Of a stretch of DNA of 64,000 nucleotides, positions 1 to 9,625 are shown piece by piece. Numbering within the stretch: the stretch's first letter is position 1; every line of letters starts with the position of its first letter. A model generated the notes under the pieces. It was not told where the DNA came from. It worked only from the letters and a program-made list of their open reading frames with translations, and made no database searches. Source of the stretch: Cetorhinus maximus (taxonomy: Eukaryota); NCBI RefSeq assembly GCF_964194155.1, contig NC_135901.1, forward strand, positions 22,258,001 through 22,322,000, read 5' to 3'. The translations under genes and the position numbers were made by a program.

Positions 1-224
1 TTCCAGAGGCTGAGGCTTTGGATCTGGTAATGTGGGTTCAATTCCCACATTCCACCCAAACCTTCTGCAGACATTTTTAGCAACAAATTTCCAAATAGTA
101 TTTATGCAAAAACACAGTGACCTGAATCAGACGGGAAATGTTTGCCTTCTTTGTGTGGAATGGCCACCTTGTCAGCTCTATGATTCGATCATATCGTGTT
201 TATTATGAATCATTATCCTGTTAT

Positions 225-345
225 AGAATCACATGATCTCATTAAAGTACAGCACAGAAGGAGGCCACTTGGCTCATCGAATCTGCACTGGCTCTTTCAA
301 AGAGCAATCCGGTTAATCCCACTGCTCCACTCTTAACCCATATCC
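225..345 (-). mobile_element. CR1-type LINE 3' end fragment
   Basis: cagcacagaaggaggccacttggctcatcgaatctgcactggctc resembles the 3' ends of other minus-strand CR1 copies in the window (17480, 29050). Confidence 0.55.
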
Positions 346-349
346 CTTG

Positions 350-610
350 ACGAGGATTCAGCCGATCATCTGGCCAGTCAAGACACAAGCTCAGTCACAC
401 TGGGGAGAAACCGTGTTAATGCGGGGACAGTGGAAAGGGTTAATTACTCATTTGAGTTGGAAAGTCATCAGTGCCTGCACACCAGGGAGAGGCTGTTCAC
501 CTGCTCCACGCGTGGGAAGCTCCACTCGGACATCCAGCCTCTAAACACACCAACGAGTTCATACTGGAGAGGGTTTAAATGCTTCGACTGTGACAAGAGC
601 TTTCAAAGCC
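350..610 (+). pseudogene. Decayed C2H2 zinc-finger fragment
   Basis: cacactggggagaaaccg (HTGEKP), a YSFELESHQCLHTRERLFTC finger remnant and FKCFDCDKSF, with stops and frameshifts. Confidence 0.75.
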
Positions 611-932
611 AGTTCCCATTTTATAGTCTCAGTGTAAGTGAGGGCTTCCCAAACTGAGGGTCGTGACCACAATGGGGTGTGTGACAAGATTTTGGGCTTG
701 CGAGCTCCGAGGCAGCAATGACTGTTTCCTGACAGCTGCGAGGCCCCTTTAAATCCTCACAGTTTTTGTTTTGTTAGTGGGTGTGGCCTAATGGACGACA
801 CTCTGAGGCTCAATTGCTGCTGCAAAAAACACTTGTGAAAAGGTCGGTGTGATTGTACTCGAAAGAGTTGCAATCTGTGACTGTTGATAACTCGAAAGAA
901 TTTTTTCATTTATTTCTGGAAAGTCGATTTCT

Positions 933-1340
933 TCAACAATCAGGATCATAATGTATTTAACAATCAGAACACTACAACATTAATAATCAGAATCCTATTG
1001 CATCAAAATGAGGATCCTATTACATCAATGCTCAGGTTCCTATTAAATTAATGATCAGAGTCCAATTACTTTAAGATTCAGGATCTCAACACATTAATAA
1101 TCAGGATATTATTACATTAATATTCTGGTGGCCATTGCATCAACAATCAGGATCTTATTGTATAAATAATCATCCTAATACATTAATAATCAGCATTAAT
1201 TACATTAATTACAGTTCCAATCGCATTAATAATCAGCTGCCTACTGCTTCAATAACCAGAAAATTATTGCACTTATCAGGATGCTATTAATCAGAATTAT
1301 TTCAATTAATAATCAGAGTCGTATGGCATCAATAATCAGG
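933..1340. repeat. Degenerate ~23-bp AT-rich minisatellite (consensus ~AATAATCAGGATCCTATTACATT)
   Basis: Consecutive units such as aataatcagaatcctattgcatc, aatgctcaggttcctattaaatt, aatgatcagagtccaattacttt and aataatcaggatattattacatt; roughly 17-18 copies. Confidence 0.85.
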
Positions 1341-1399
1341 ACACTGCATGTTGCCATGAAAGGAGCGGCTGAGACTGAGCAGCTTTGGTGGACAGTCAA

Positions 1400-1730
1400 T
1401 TTTCTCCAAACTCTTGTCAAGTCCTGCCCTGCTGAGGGTGCCTAATGCTTTCCTGAGATCTACGCTAGTAAGGTAATGAGGTATATCCTGTTCTCTACAC
1501 TTCTCTTATAGCTGGCATCTGGAGAAGATCACGTTCACTGTAGATCTGCCAGCTCTGTGCTTCTGGATACACTCAGTCTGCAAGTAGATGAAATCATTAA
1601 GCATAATCCCAGCAAAGACTTTCCCAGTGATGCTAAGGAGTGAGATGTCCCTGTAGTTTGTTGCAATCTCCTGTCACCTTTGTTTTTCCGAAATGTTTGT
1701 ATCACACATATCCTGTGGAACTGATCCTGA
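1400..1730 (-). mobile_element. RTE-clade LINE RT fragment
   Basis: The reverse strand has a frameshifted RT N-terminal motif (..KG DRR.. NYRDISLLSITGKVFAGI); homologous to 50760-50840. Confidence 0.65.
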
Positions 1731-2070
1731 TTGTCAGCAAAGATTAATTCACACTTTCTAATTGGAGATGTTAATCAGTGGAACCTGTCAGACACTGAAT
1801 TTGCAAAGACCAATTTAGGATTGAAGTAAAAGTTCATAATTTTATTGTAAATGAGTTCCTGTTGAGGGTTCTTGAATTAAGGGGAAAGATCACAGATGGT
1901 GTTTTTAAAAAGGGACACTACAGCCCCGAAAATCAGTGACATTTCCAGAGTATTAAACTCCAGCCAGTTATACGGTTGTTAACATCAACAGAAACAAACC
2001 AGATATTGTCAGACTATCAGTCCTGGATGTGATTAACAGCAGCAATAATAGTAGAATCCAATCCTTGCAG

Positions 2071-3105
2071 TCACTTGTGAACTCGCTGGTGTCTCAGCAG
2101 GCTGCCAGGCTGAGTGAATCTCTTCCCACACACGGAGCAGATGAATGGCTTCTCTCCGGTATGAGTGCGTTCATGTAAATGCAGGCTGCCAGGCTGAGTG
2201 AATCCCTTCCCACACACGGAACAGGTGAACGGTCTCTCCCCAGTGTGTGTGCGTTGGTGAGCAGTGAGGGCGGATGACAGCCTGAAACTCTTCCCACATG
2301 AAGTGCAGCTGAATGGCTTCTCCCCAGTGTGAACTCGCTGGTGTGTAAGCAGGGTGGATGACTGAGTGAATTCTTTCCCACACACAGAGCAGGTGAACGG
2401 CCTCTCCCTGGTGTGAACTCGCTTATGTGAATCGAGGTCGGCTGAACGCCTGAACCTCGTTCCACAACAAGTGCAGTAAAACGGCCTCTCCCCAGTGTGA
2501 ATTCGCTGGTGTGACAGCAGGGTAGATGACCGAGCAAATCCCCTCCCACACACAGAGGTGAATGGCTTCTCCCCAGTGTGAACTCGCTGGTGTTCAACAA
2601 GGGTAGATGAATGCCTGAACCTCTTTCTACAGGAAGTACAGTTGAATGGCTTCTCTTCAGTGTGAATTTGTTGGTGTGACTGAAGACCGGATGAATGAGT
2701 GAATCCCTTCCCACACACAGAGCAGGTGAACAGCCTCTCCCCAGTGTGAAGTTGCTGGTGTGCAGTGAGATGGGATGTCCGCCTGAACCTCTTTCCACAG
2801 CATGTGCAGCTGAACGGCCTCTCTTCAGTGTGAATTCTCTGGTGTAACATGAGGCAGGATGTTCGAGTAAATCCCTTCCCACACACGGAACAAATGAACG
2901 GCTTCTCCCCAGTGTGACTGCGTCGATGCATTTCCAGTTGGTGAGGATAATAGAATCCTTTACCACAGTCCTCACATTTCCACAGTTTCTCCATGGTGCC
3001 GGCCCTAATGTGGCTGCGTCGATGGATTTCCAGAAGGGATGGATAATTGAATCCTTTCCCACAGTCCTCACATTTCCATGGTTTCTCCATGGTTCCCATG
3101 TCCAT
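2071..3105 (-). CDS. Tandem C2H2 zinc-finger protein ZNF-A (12 fingers; finger 7 lacks its first Cys)
   Basis: 344-aa ORF of CxxC..HxxxH repeats with TGEKP/TGERP linkers. The first finger is duplicated (GTMEKPWKCEDC / GTMEKLWKCEDC) and the ORF ends HQRVHK*. Confidence 0.92.
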   Translation of the reverse strand: MDMGTMEKPWKCEDCGKGFNYPSLLEIHRRSHIRAGTMEKLWKCEDCGKGFYYPHQLEMHRRSHTGEKPFICSVCGKGFTRTSCLMLHQRIHTEERPFSCTCCGKRFRRTSHLTAHQQLHTGERLFTCSVCGKGFTHSSGLQSHQQIHTEEKPFNCTSCRKRFRHSSTLVEHQRVHTGEKPFTSVCGRGFARSSTLLSHQRIHTGERPFYCTCCGTRFRRSADLDSHKRVHTRERPFTCSVCGKEFTQSSTLLTHQRVHTGEKPFSCTSCGKSFRLSSALTAHQRTHTGERPFTCSVCGKGFTQPGSLHLHERTHTGEKPFICSVCGKRFTQPGSLLRHQRVHK

Positions 3106-3530
3106 GTGTCTCTCCAGGTTGGATGATTAGGTGAAGCCTCATCCATATACACAACACATGTACAGTTTCTCCCACTGTGAACAATGCGATGCTTTTTCAG
3201 GCTAACTGGTTAAAGCTCTTTCCACATGTTGTGCACTGGAACACACTCACTCAGGTGTGTGTGTGTCTCAGTGTTTTTCCAGTCACACTGATGTTTGAAA
3301 TCTTTTCCCACAGACAGAACAGACAAATATTTCTCCTTCACATTTAAAGGCCAATGATATTCAGGTCCAGATGCATCGAGTGGTTGTCAGATCTTGACGT
3401 GATGTTTGGTTTGAGTTTCCTGTCTGTAAATCCTCCCTTTCTAATGCCCTGGGAAAGGAGTTTACAAATGTCATCGCTGTAAGTCCAGGATAGAAATTCA
3501 GAACTGACAGTTCTAGTTTCTGTGGAACAT
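3106..3530 (-). other. ZNF leader (decayed fingers plus acceptor module) of ZNF-A
   Basis: The reverse complement aligns with 49178-49613 and 51991-52430 (tttcaaacatcagtgtgactggaaa; gaaactagaa.tgtc.gttctgaatttcta). Confidence 0.8.
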
Positions 3531-3884
3531 TTTTTCATTTTTGCTCCACGTCTCACACACTCTGTCTCTTGCCTGCACAGAATCCAGTTAAGTTTCTTTC
3601 TTCCATTCCCAGTTTTCTCTCCCTCTTTACTCTGTCTGGGTTCAGTTCACCATTCCCTGTTTGCAGACTGAGAATAAAATCAATGAGTCAATAATTTTCT
3701 TTCCTGGTCATTGGGACCCTGAAATCCTGCCTACTCAATTGGCCCTCACCAAGATGGCTGCACATGCACCCTGCTGGCTGAACAAGCCCTGCCTTCCTCA
3801 TTCAAATGGGAACCAGCAGCTGGAGTAACCAGGGCTTGTCACCAGGAAGGAAGGCCCACCTCCCTGATTTGCCCAAACTGCCTA

Positions 3885-4980
3885 TTCCTTAGGCAGTCCC
3901 TCGGGTTTGAAGGTGACTTGTTTCCACTCTGATTTGTTGGGTTCTGAGATGGCTGATAAGTTCAATGCTTGATCTTCCATGCCGGTCATCAAGTCCCCAT
4001 CTACTCTCATCCCATTTTCCAGCACTTGGCCCATAGCCTTGTATGCTATGGCATTTCAAGTGTTTATCTCAATACTTCTTAAATGTTGTGAGGTTTCTTG
4101 CCTCTACCACCCTTTCAGGCAGTGAGTTGCAGATGCTCCCTACCCTCTGAGTGAAAATACTTTCCTCAAATCCCCTCTAAACCTTCAGCCCATCACCTTA
4201 AATCTATGCCCCCTGGTTATTGACCCCTCTACTAAGGGGAAAAGTTTCTTCCTATCCGTGCCCCTCATAACTTTGTACACCTCAATCAGGTCCCCCCTCA
4301 GCCTTCTCTGCTCTAAGGAAAACAATCCCTGCCGATCTAATCTCTCTTCATAGCTGAAATGTTCCAGCCCAGGCAATGTCCCAGTGAATCTCCTCTGCAC
4401 TCTCTCCAGTGTAATCACATCATTCTCTAAAGCTTTTCCACTGTCCTCCTGGGAGTCTCCTGCTGTGACTGAGTTCCAAGTAGAACAGTTGCTCTGGGAG
4501 TCTGGTGTCCAGAATACGAACAAATGTCCCACCCAGCAGAGCTGGTCTTGAGTGATCAGCCCCTCCATGCTGGGTGAGATGGCTTGGGAGAGGACGCTGC
4601 TGTTGGACTGCCTTTCTTGCCACTGGATTTGGAGGATCTTGTGAAGGCATCACTGGTGGTACTTCTCCAGTGCTCTGAGGTACATGATGTAGGTTGTCCA
4701 AGTCTCTGAAGCCTGTAGGAGCACAGGGATCACTGCTGCCCAGTAACCCATGACCTGAGTCCCAGGTTTGACATCCTGGTCCTCAGATAGTCTGTTCTTC
4801 ATTTTGCCAAAGGCTGAGCTGGAACACTGGAAGCGATGAGGAATGTTGTCGTCTATGTCTGCCTTCATTGAGTTGAAGCTCCTAAGATACAGAAAATGGT
4901 CCACATTTTCCATGGTTTCATCATTATTCTTAATCAATGGAGCAGGGGGCGCTGGGGGGTGGATGCGGGACTGGGACTGG
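3885..4980 (-). mobile_element. RTE-clade LINE 3' part, interrupted by a CR1 fragment
   Basis: ORF pieces ETMENVDHFLYLRS, AAVIPVLLQASETWTTY and ILDTRLPEQLFYLEL are typical of the RTE ORF C-terminus. Confidence 0.8.
3985..4425 (-). mobile_element. CR1 LINE 3' fragment nested in RTE
   Basis: LERVQRRFTGTLPGLEHFSYEERLDRQGLFSLEQRRLRGDLIEVYK (CR1 ORF2 C-terminus). Confidence 0.9.
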
Positions 4981-4983
4981 TAG

Positions 4984-6066
4984 GTGGTAAAAACCCAAAA
5001 GACAAATAACAGATGGTGTGTGGAAAGTGCACAGGAGATCCAACAACTCGTGGACAGAAACAACATTTGTGGTTTCCTCAGCGCTGTCAAGACAATCTAT
5101 GGCTTAAGCACTAAAGGGCCAACCTCACTGACAGCCAAGCACGGAGGGAGCTCATCAAGGACAGAGAGTCAGCCAGTGCCACTGGTGAGAACATTTTGAA
5201 GAACTCCTCAAACAAGTCTTTGACTTCAAGGTCCTCACCTCCATTCCCCAATACCCTGTTTGGCTCAGTCTTGGTGCTACCACGGTCCAGCATGAAAATG
5301 AAAAAGCCATTTGACAGCTGAAAAACAAGAAGACCTCTGGAGCAGATGGAATCCCTGCCGGAATTCTGAAACACGGTGGAGCTACAATCCTGGCCTGGCG
5401 GCACAACCTCATATCCCTCATCAGCAAAGAGTCCATGTTGGAGAATCTCTGGGACACTGTAATTGTGACAATTTTCAGGAAGGGAGACAAGTCTGATTGC
5501 GGTAATTACAGAGGAGTCTCCCTGCTGCCTGCCACAGGGAAATTCATAACAAGGATTCTCCTCAATCACCTTCTCTTAATGGCCAAAGAGCTCCTTCCAG
5601 AATCACAGTGCGGTTTCCCCCCATCGAAAGGCACCAGAGACGTGATCTTCACTGCACAGAAAACCCAAGAAAATTGCAAGGAACAGCACCAAACACTGTC
5701 CTTAGCCTTTTTTGTCCAACACAAAAGCCTTTTACATTGTCAAACATCACATTTTATCCATATCCTCCTCAAATGTGGCTGTCTTCAGAAATTTGCCACC
5801 ATCCTCTGCCTACTCCATGATGATATGACAGCCATGATCCTCATCAACGGAACCACCACAGACCCTATCTCAGTGAAGACTGGGATCAGACAAGGCTGCG
5901 TCATTGCACCAGCCCCATTCTCCGTTTTCCTCTCTGCATCTCACCTTGAGAAAATTACCCATGGGCATGGAGATAATCAACAGAACAGATGGGAAACCTA
6001 CACCACATTCAAAGCAAAACCAGAATCAGTCCAACCTCAGACATTGAGCTCCAGTGTGTAGGTGAC
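4984..6066 (+). mobile_element. RTE-clade LINE RT 5' part (inverted segment)
   Basis: IFRKGDKSDCGNYRGVSLL, LPESQCGF and VKTGIRQGCVIAP; ends at a degenerate YADD (ELQCVGD). Confidence 0.85.
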
Positions 6067-6342
6067 TGAATTCTACATTAAATCCATCCACTATTCCATA
6101 ACCCTTAATACTCTTGCCTCACAAATGTCCAGCAATCTCAGTTTTTAAATCGTTAACTGACGAAATCTCAACAGAATTCCAGGTTTCCACTATATTTTCT
6201 GTCAAGTGATTTCTGACATTGTTCCTGAACAGCCTAATCTCAGTTACACAAATAAATATCACTGATTTGTACATTTAAATGGTAACAATTATTTTACTTT
6301 TAACTAGTCATACAACACATTTTTAGAAAAACTATAATTTTA

Positions 6343-6505
6343 GTAAAATACGGTGGATGCTGGAAATCTGAAATAAAAACAGAAAGTTCTGGAAATCCTC
6401 AGCAGGTTTGGCAGCTTCTGTGAAGAGAGAGAAACAGATTTAACATTTCCAATCCAATATGATTCTTCTTCAGAACTGAGTATTTCCAGCATTCTGATTT
6501 CATTT
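6343..6505 (-). mobile_element. Penelope-like terminal-repeat fragment with partial inversion and degenerate hammerhead
   Basis: Reverse complement of the 7210-7345 tail; reads agttCTGAAGAagaatcatattggattgGAAATgtt on the minus strand. Confidence 0.7.
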
Positions 6506-6639
6506 TAAACACATAATTGATGTAAACTTTATTGTCCTTACAGGTATCTGGATGTAAATCTGATTTCAGACCTTCCTCTGAACAGTTTTCAAACTGACTC
6601 CAGCTCATTGTCCATTCCTTCACTAAAAACCCGGATGGA

Positions 6640-6746
6640 AAACACTCAGCGCAAGATGGCGGCGGCCGGTTGCCCGGGTAACCCGGGCCTGCCCCTGGGA
6701 GGAAGCCCCGTCCTCACACCCCTGCCTTCACCAAGATGGCCGTTCA
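6640..6746. promoter_or_regulatory. CpG-rich promoter segment with YY1-like motifs
   Basis: caagatggcggcgg (6652) and caagatggcc (6732). Contiguous with 7349 onward once the Penelope insertion is removed. Confidence 0.6.
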
Positions 6747-7348
6747 CTAAGCACTTTACAGCCTTCCTGACTGAATATTGAGTGCAACAATTTTAGATCA
6801 TGAACTCTCTCCTCCATCCCCACCCCCTTTCTGATTTTCCCCCTCCTTTTTGTTTTTTCCAATAATTTATATAGATTTTTCTTTTCCCACCTATTTCCAT
6901 TAATTTTAAATGTATTTCCATCCGTTTTATCTCTCCCATTTAGCCTTTTTCGATTCCTTCATCCCACCCCACCCCCACTAGGGCTATCTGTACCTTGCTT
7001 GTCCTGCTTTCTACCCTTAATTAGCACATTCCTTAGATAATATCACCACCTTCAACACCTCTTTGTTCTTTTGTCTGTAACATCTTTTGGTTATCTCCAC
7101 CTATCACTGGCCCTCTATCCAGCTCTTCTTGTTCCCAACCGCCCCCCCCCCACCCCACCCCACCGGCCATTAAACCAGCTTATATTTCACCCCTTTTCTA
7201 TTTTTCCTTAGTTCTGTTGAAGAGTCATGCGGACTCGAAACGTTAACTGTGCTCCTCTCCGCAGATGCTGCCAGACCTGCTGAGTTTTTCCAGGTATTTT
7301 TGTTTTTGTTTTGGATTTCCAGCATCCGCAGTTTTTTGCTTTTATATT
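6747..7348 (+). mobile_element. 5'-truncated Penelope-like element (end of GIY-YIG ORF, 3' UTR, terminal repeat)
   Basis: Colinear with 42612-43177; flanked by the 11-bp TSD atggccgttca (6736-6746 and 7349-7359). Confidence 0.88.
7210..7248 (+). ncRNA. Minimal type-I hammerhead ribozyme motif (core variant CUGUUGA)
   Basis: agtt-CTGTTGA-a-gagtc-atgcg-gactc-GAAAC-GTT-aact: stem I agtt/aact, stem II gagtc/gactc, palindromic ACGT stem III. Confidence 0.75.
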
Positions 7349-8030
7349 ATGGCCGTTCATGATCCTGGCTCCCTGAACAAGACCCGCCATCCTCTCCCAA
7401 GATGGCGGCCGGCGATCCCGCTCCCAGTGCGCAGGTGCAGTGTGGGTGTGCGCTCTGAGCATGCTCAGTGTCAGTCACGGTGACAGAGTGAGGAGGAGCG
7501 GATGGTTCGGGAGGTGGGAGGAGATTGTGAGCACAGGGTAGGGAGGGAAACTGCGGCTGGACTGGGAACTGGATCAACTTCTGGGGTAGGCCCCAGGCCC
7601 CGTGTTTACCCCGCGATGACAGGCCCGGGGGGAGGGAGCGATGGAGCCGGCGGCTGGATGGGGAGGATTTGGAAACACTTTGTGGATCCGAAAACCCTGA
7701 GGAATAATTGTCAGCTCCTGGTTTGCAGCTGCGGGGCTTCTCCCTCCCGGGAACAGGCCCAGGTTAACGGCCGCCATCCTGGGTCAGCGAGTGGAGGATG
7801 GTTCACATCAGAGGATGGGGGAGGGGGGACAATAAATAAGAGGTTACACTTTGGGCTCAAATCAATGAGGAATCTGATCTGTGGGAAGGAAGGAAACCCT
7901 GGGAGGTGGACGGGGAGGGTTCAGAAACACCCGCTGGAGGCCCCAAACCCCCAATAAGAACCTGCAGGTCCCGCATTTGCAGCTCAGGGTCTTTATGCTT
8001 TATGTGCGGCCATCTTGTTGAAGCAACAGG
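7349..8030 (+). promoter_or_regulatory. CpG island / promoter of ZNF-B (possibly bidirectional with ZNF-A)
   Basis: High CpG density, YY1-like caagatggcggc (7398) and NRF1-like tgcgcagg/gagcatgc motifs. Paralogous to 57530-57880 and lies between the divergent ZNF-A and ZNF-B. Confidence 0.7.
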
Positions 8031-8344
8031 GAGTGGGCGAGGCTTCAGGGTCCCAGGGACCAGGAGAGAAAGTGTTTCATTCATTGATTTTGTTCTCACT
8101 CTGCACACAAAGGCTTGAGAATTGAACCCGGTCAGAGCAAAGGAGAGGGAGGAAGTAAATGGGAGTGTAGGAAAGGAATGGTGGAGATGGTGCGATGGGT
8201 TTGGATTTCAGCACAGGGAGGAGCGAGAGCTTGTGCGACAGGGATTCACAGCTCTGGAGGAACAAGAGAGGTAAATTATGTTTGAGAGAAACTAGAATTG
8301 TCCGTTTTGAATTCCTGTTCTGTTCTTACAGGGATGGGGAAGAT

Positions 8345-8660
8345 TTTGTGGCGCATTGTGTAGTTTCCCTGCCTCTGAGCTGAAGCTCCGGGTTCCACTT
8401 CAGGACTTAATGGCCACGGACGATGTGTTCATACAGTGTATTCCAAACAGGTTGGTTATGAACCTGTAAATCATTCCAAAACGCCCATGACAGGCACTAA
8501 GAGTGGGAGAGTCCCCTGGTCAGCTGTGCTTGATGTGTGATAGTACCCTCTGGTGACAGGCTAGCAAACTGTTCCAGGACAAACTAGTTGTGGAAACAGA
8601 TGTAAGCACATGATTTGTCTACATCATATGCCACTAGGCACAGGAAGAGAAAAGAAAAAT
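8345..8660 (+). mobile_element. Putative tRNA-derived SINE inserted in the ZNF acceptor module
   Basis: A-box-like tggcgcattgtg, B-box-like ggttccacttc and an A-rich tail gaagagaaaagaaaaa. Absent from paralogous modules (49180-49250). Confidence 0.45.
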
Positions 8661-9058
8661 ACCTATGGTGATGACTTTAGTGAACTTCTTTCACAGCCGC
8701 TTTGAAGTGAAGGATTGCAGAAGTGAAATTCAGATCAAACCTCATACCAAGTTTTGGTTGAGTCAGTCCATTCATCAGGACCTCAATATCATCCGCCTTT
8801 GAATGTGGAAGAAGAAATGTTTCTCTGTTCTGTCTGAGGGAAAAGATTTCAAACATCAGTGTGACTGGAACAGCACCAAGACACACACACCCAAGAGAGA
8901 GTGTTCCAGTGAACTGACTGTGGGAAGAGCTTTAACCAGTTACACAGCCTGAGGAAAACATCACAGTATTCACAGCAGGGAGAAGCTGTGCACATGTTCT
9001 GTGTAGGTGAGGCTTCAAGCGATTGTCCAACCTATAGGAACACAAACGCACCCACACA

Positions 9059-9625
9059 ATGGAGAAGCTGTGGAAATGTGAGGATTGTGGGAAAGGATTC
9101 AGTTACCCATCCCTGCTAGAAAACCATCAACGCAGTCACACTGGGGAGAGGCCGTTCACCTGCTCCGAGTGTGGAAAGGGATTCACTCAGTCATCCAACC
9201 TATCATTACATCAGCGAGTTCATAGCGGGGAGAGGCCGTTCACCTGCTCTAAGTGTGGGAAGGGATTCACGGTTTTGCCCACCCTGCTGAGACACCTGCG
9301 AACCCACACTGAGGAGAAGCCATTCAGCTGCACTTTCTGTGGAAAGAGGTTCAGGCAGTCTTCTAACCTCGTTTTACATCATCAAGTTCACACTGGGGAG
9401 AGACCGTTCATCTGCTCCTCGTGTAGGAAAGGATTCAATCAGTCATCCAATCTCACTGCACACCAGCGAGTTCACACTGGGGAGAGACCGTTCACTTGCT
9501 CGCTGTGTGGGAAGGGATTTGCAAAGTCTTTCAACCTGCTGACCCACCAACGTACTCACACTGAGAAGAGACCATTCAACTCTCTGTGTGTGGGAAGGGA
9601 TTCACTCAGGCACGATGCCTCCTGA
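9059..9625 (+). CDS. C2H2 zinc-finger protein ZNF-B (6 intact fingers; 7th frameshifted)
   Basis: 188-aa ORF starting MEKLWKCEDC. A frameshift near 9580 moves it into the alternative frame; the ancestral HK* stop is still visible at 9640-9648. Confidence 0.8.
   Translation: MEKLWKCEDCGKGFSYPSLLENHQRSHTGERPFTCSECGKGFTQSSNLSLHQRVHSGERPFTCSKCGKGFTVLPTLLRHLRTHTEEKPFSCTFCGKRFRQSSNLVLHHQVHTGERPFICSSCRKGFNQSSNLTAHQRVHTGERPFTCSLCGKGFAKSFNLLTHQRTHTEKRPFNSLCVGRDSLRHDAS

Noticed and set aside
933-1340. CRISPR-like array
   Set aside because: The units are contiguous degenerate tandem repeats with no unique spacers, the context is eukaryotic and there are no cas genes.
7502-7957. Conserved peptide shared with the ORF at 57612-57905
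   Set aside because: The similarity reflects near-identical promoter DNA; the ORF starts and ends differ and there is no sign of coding constraint.
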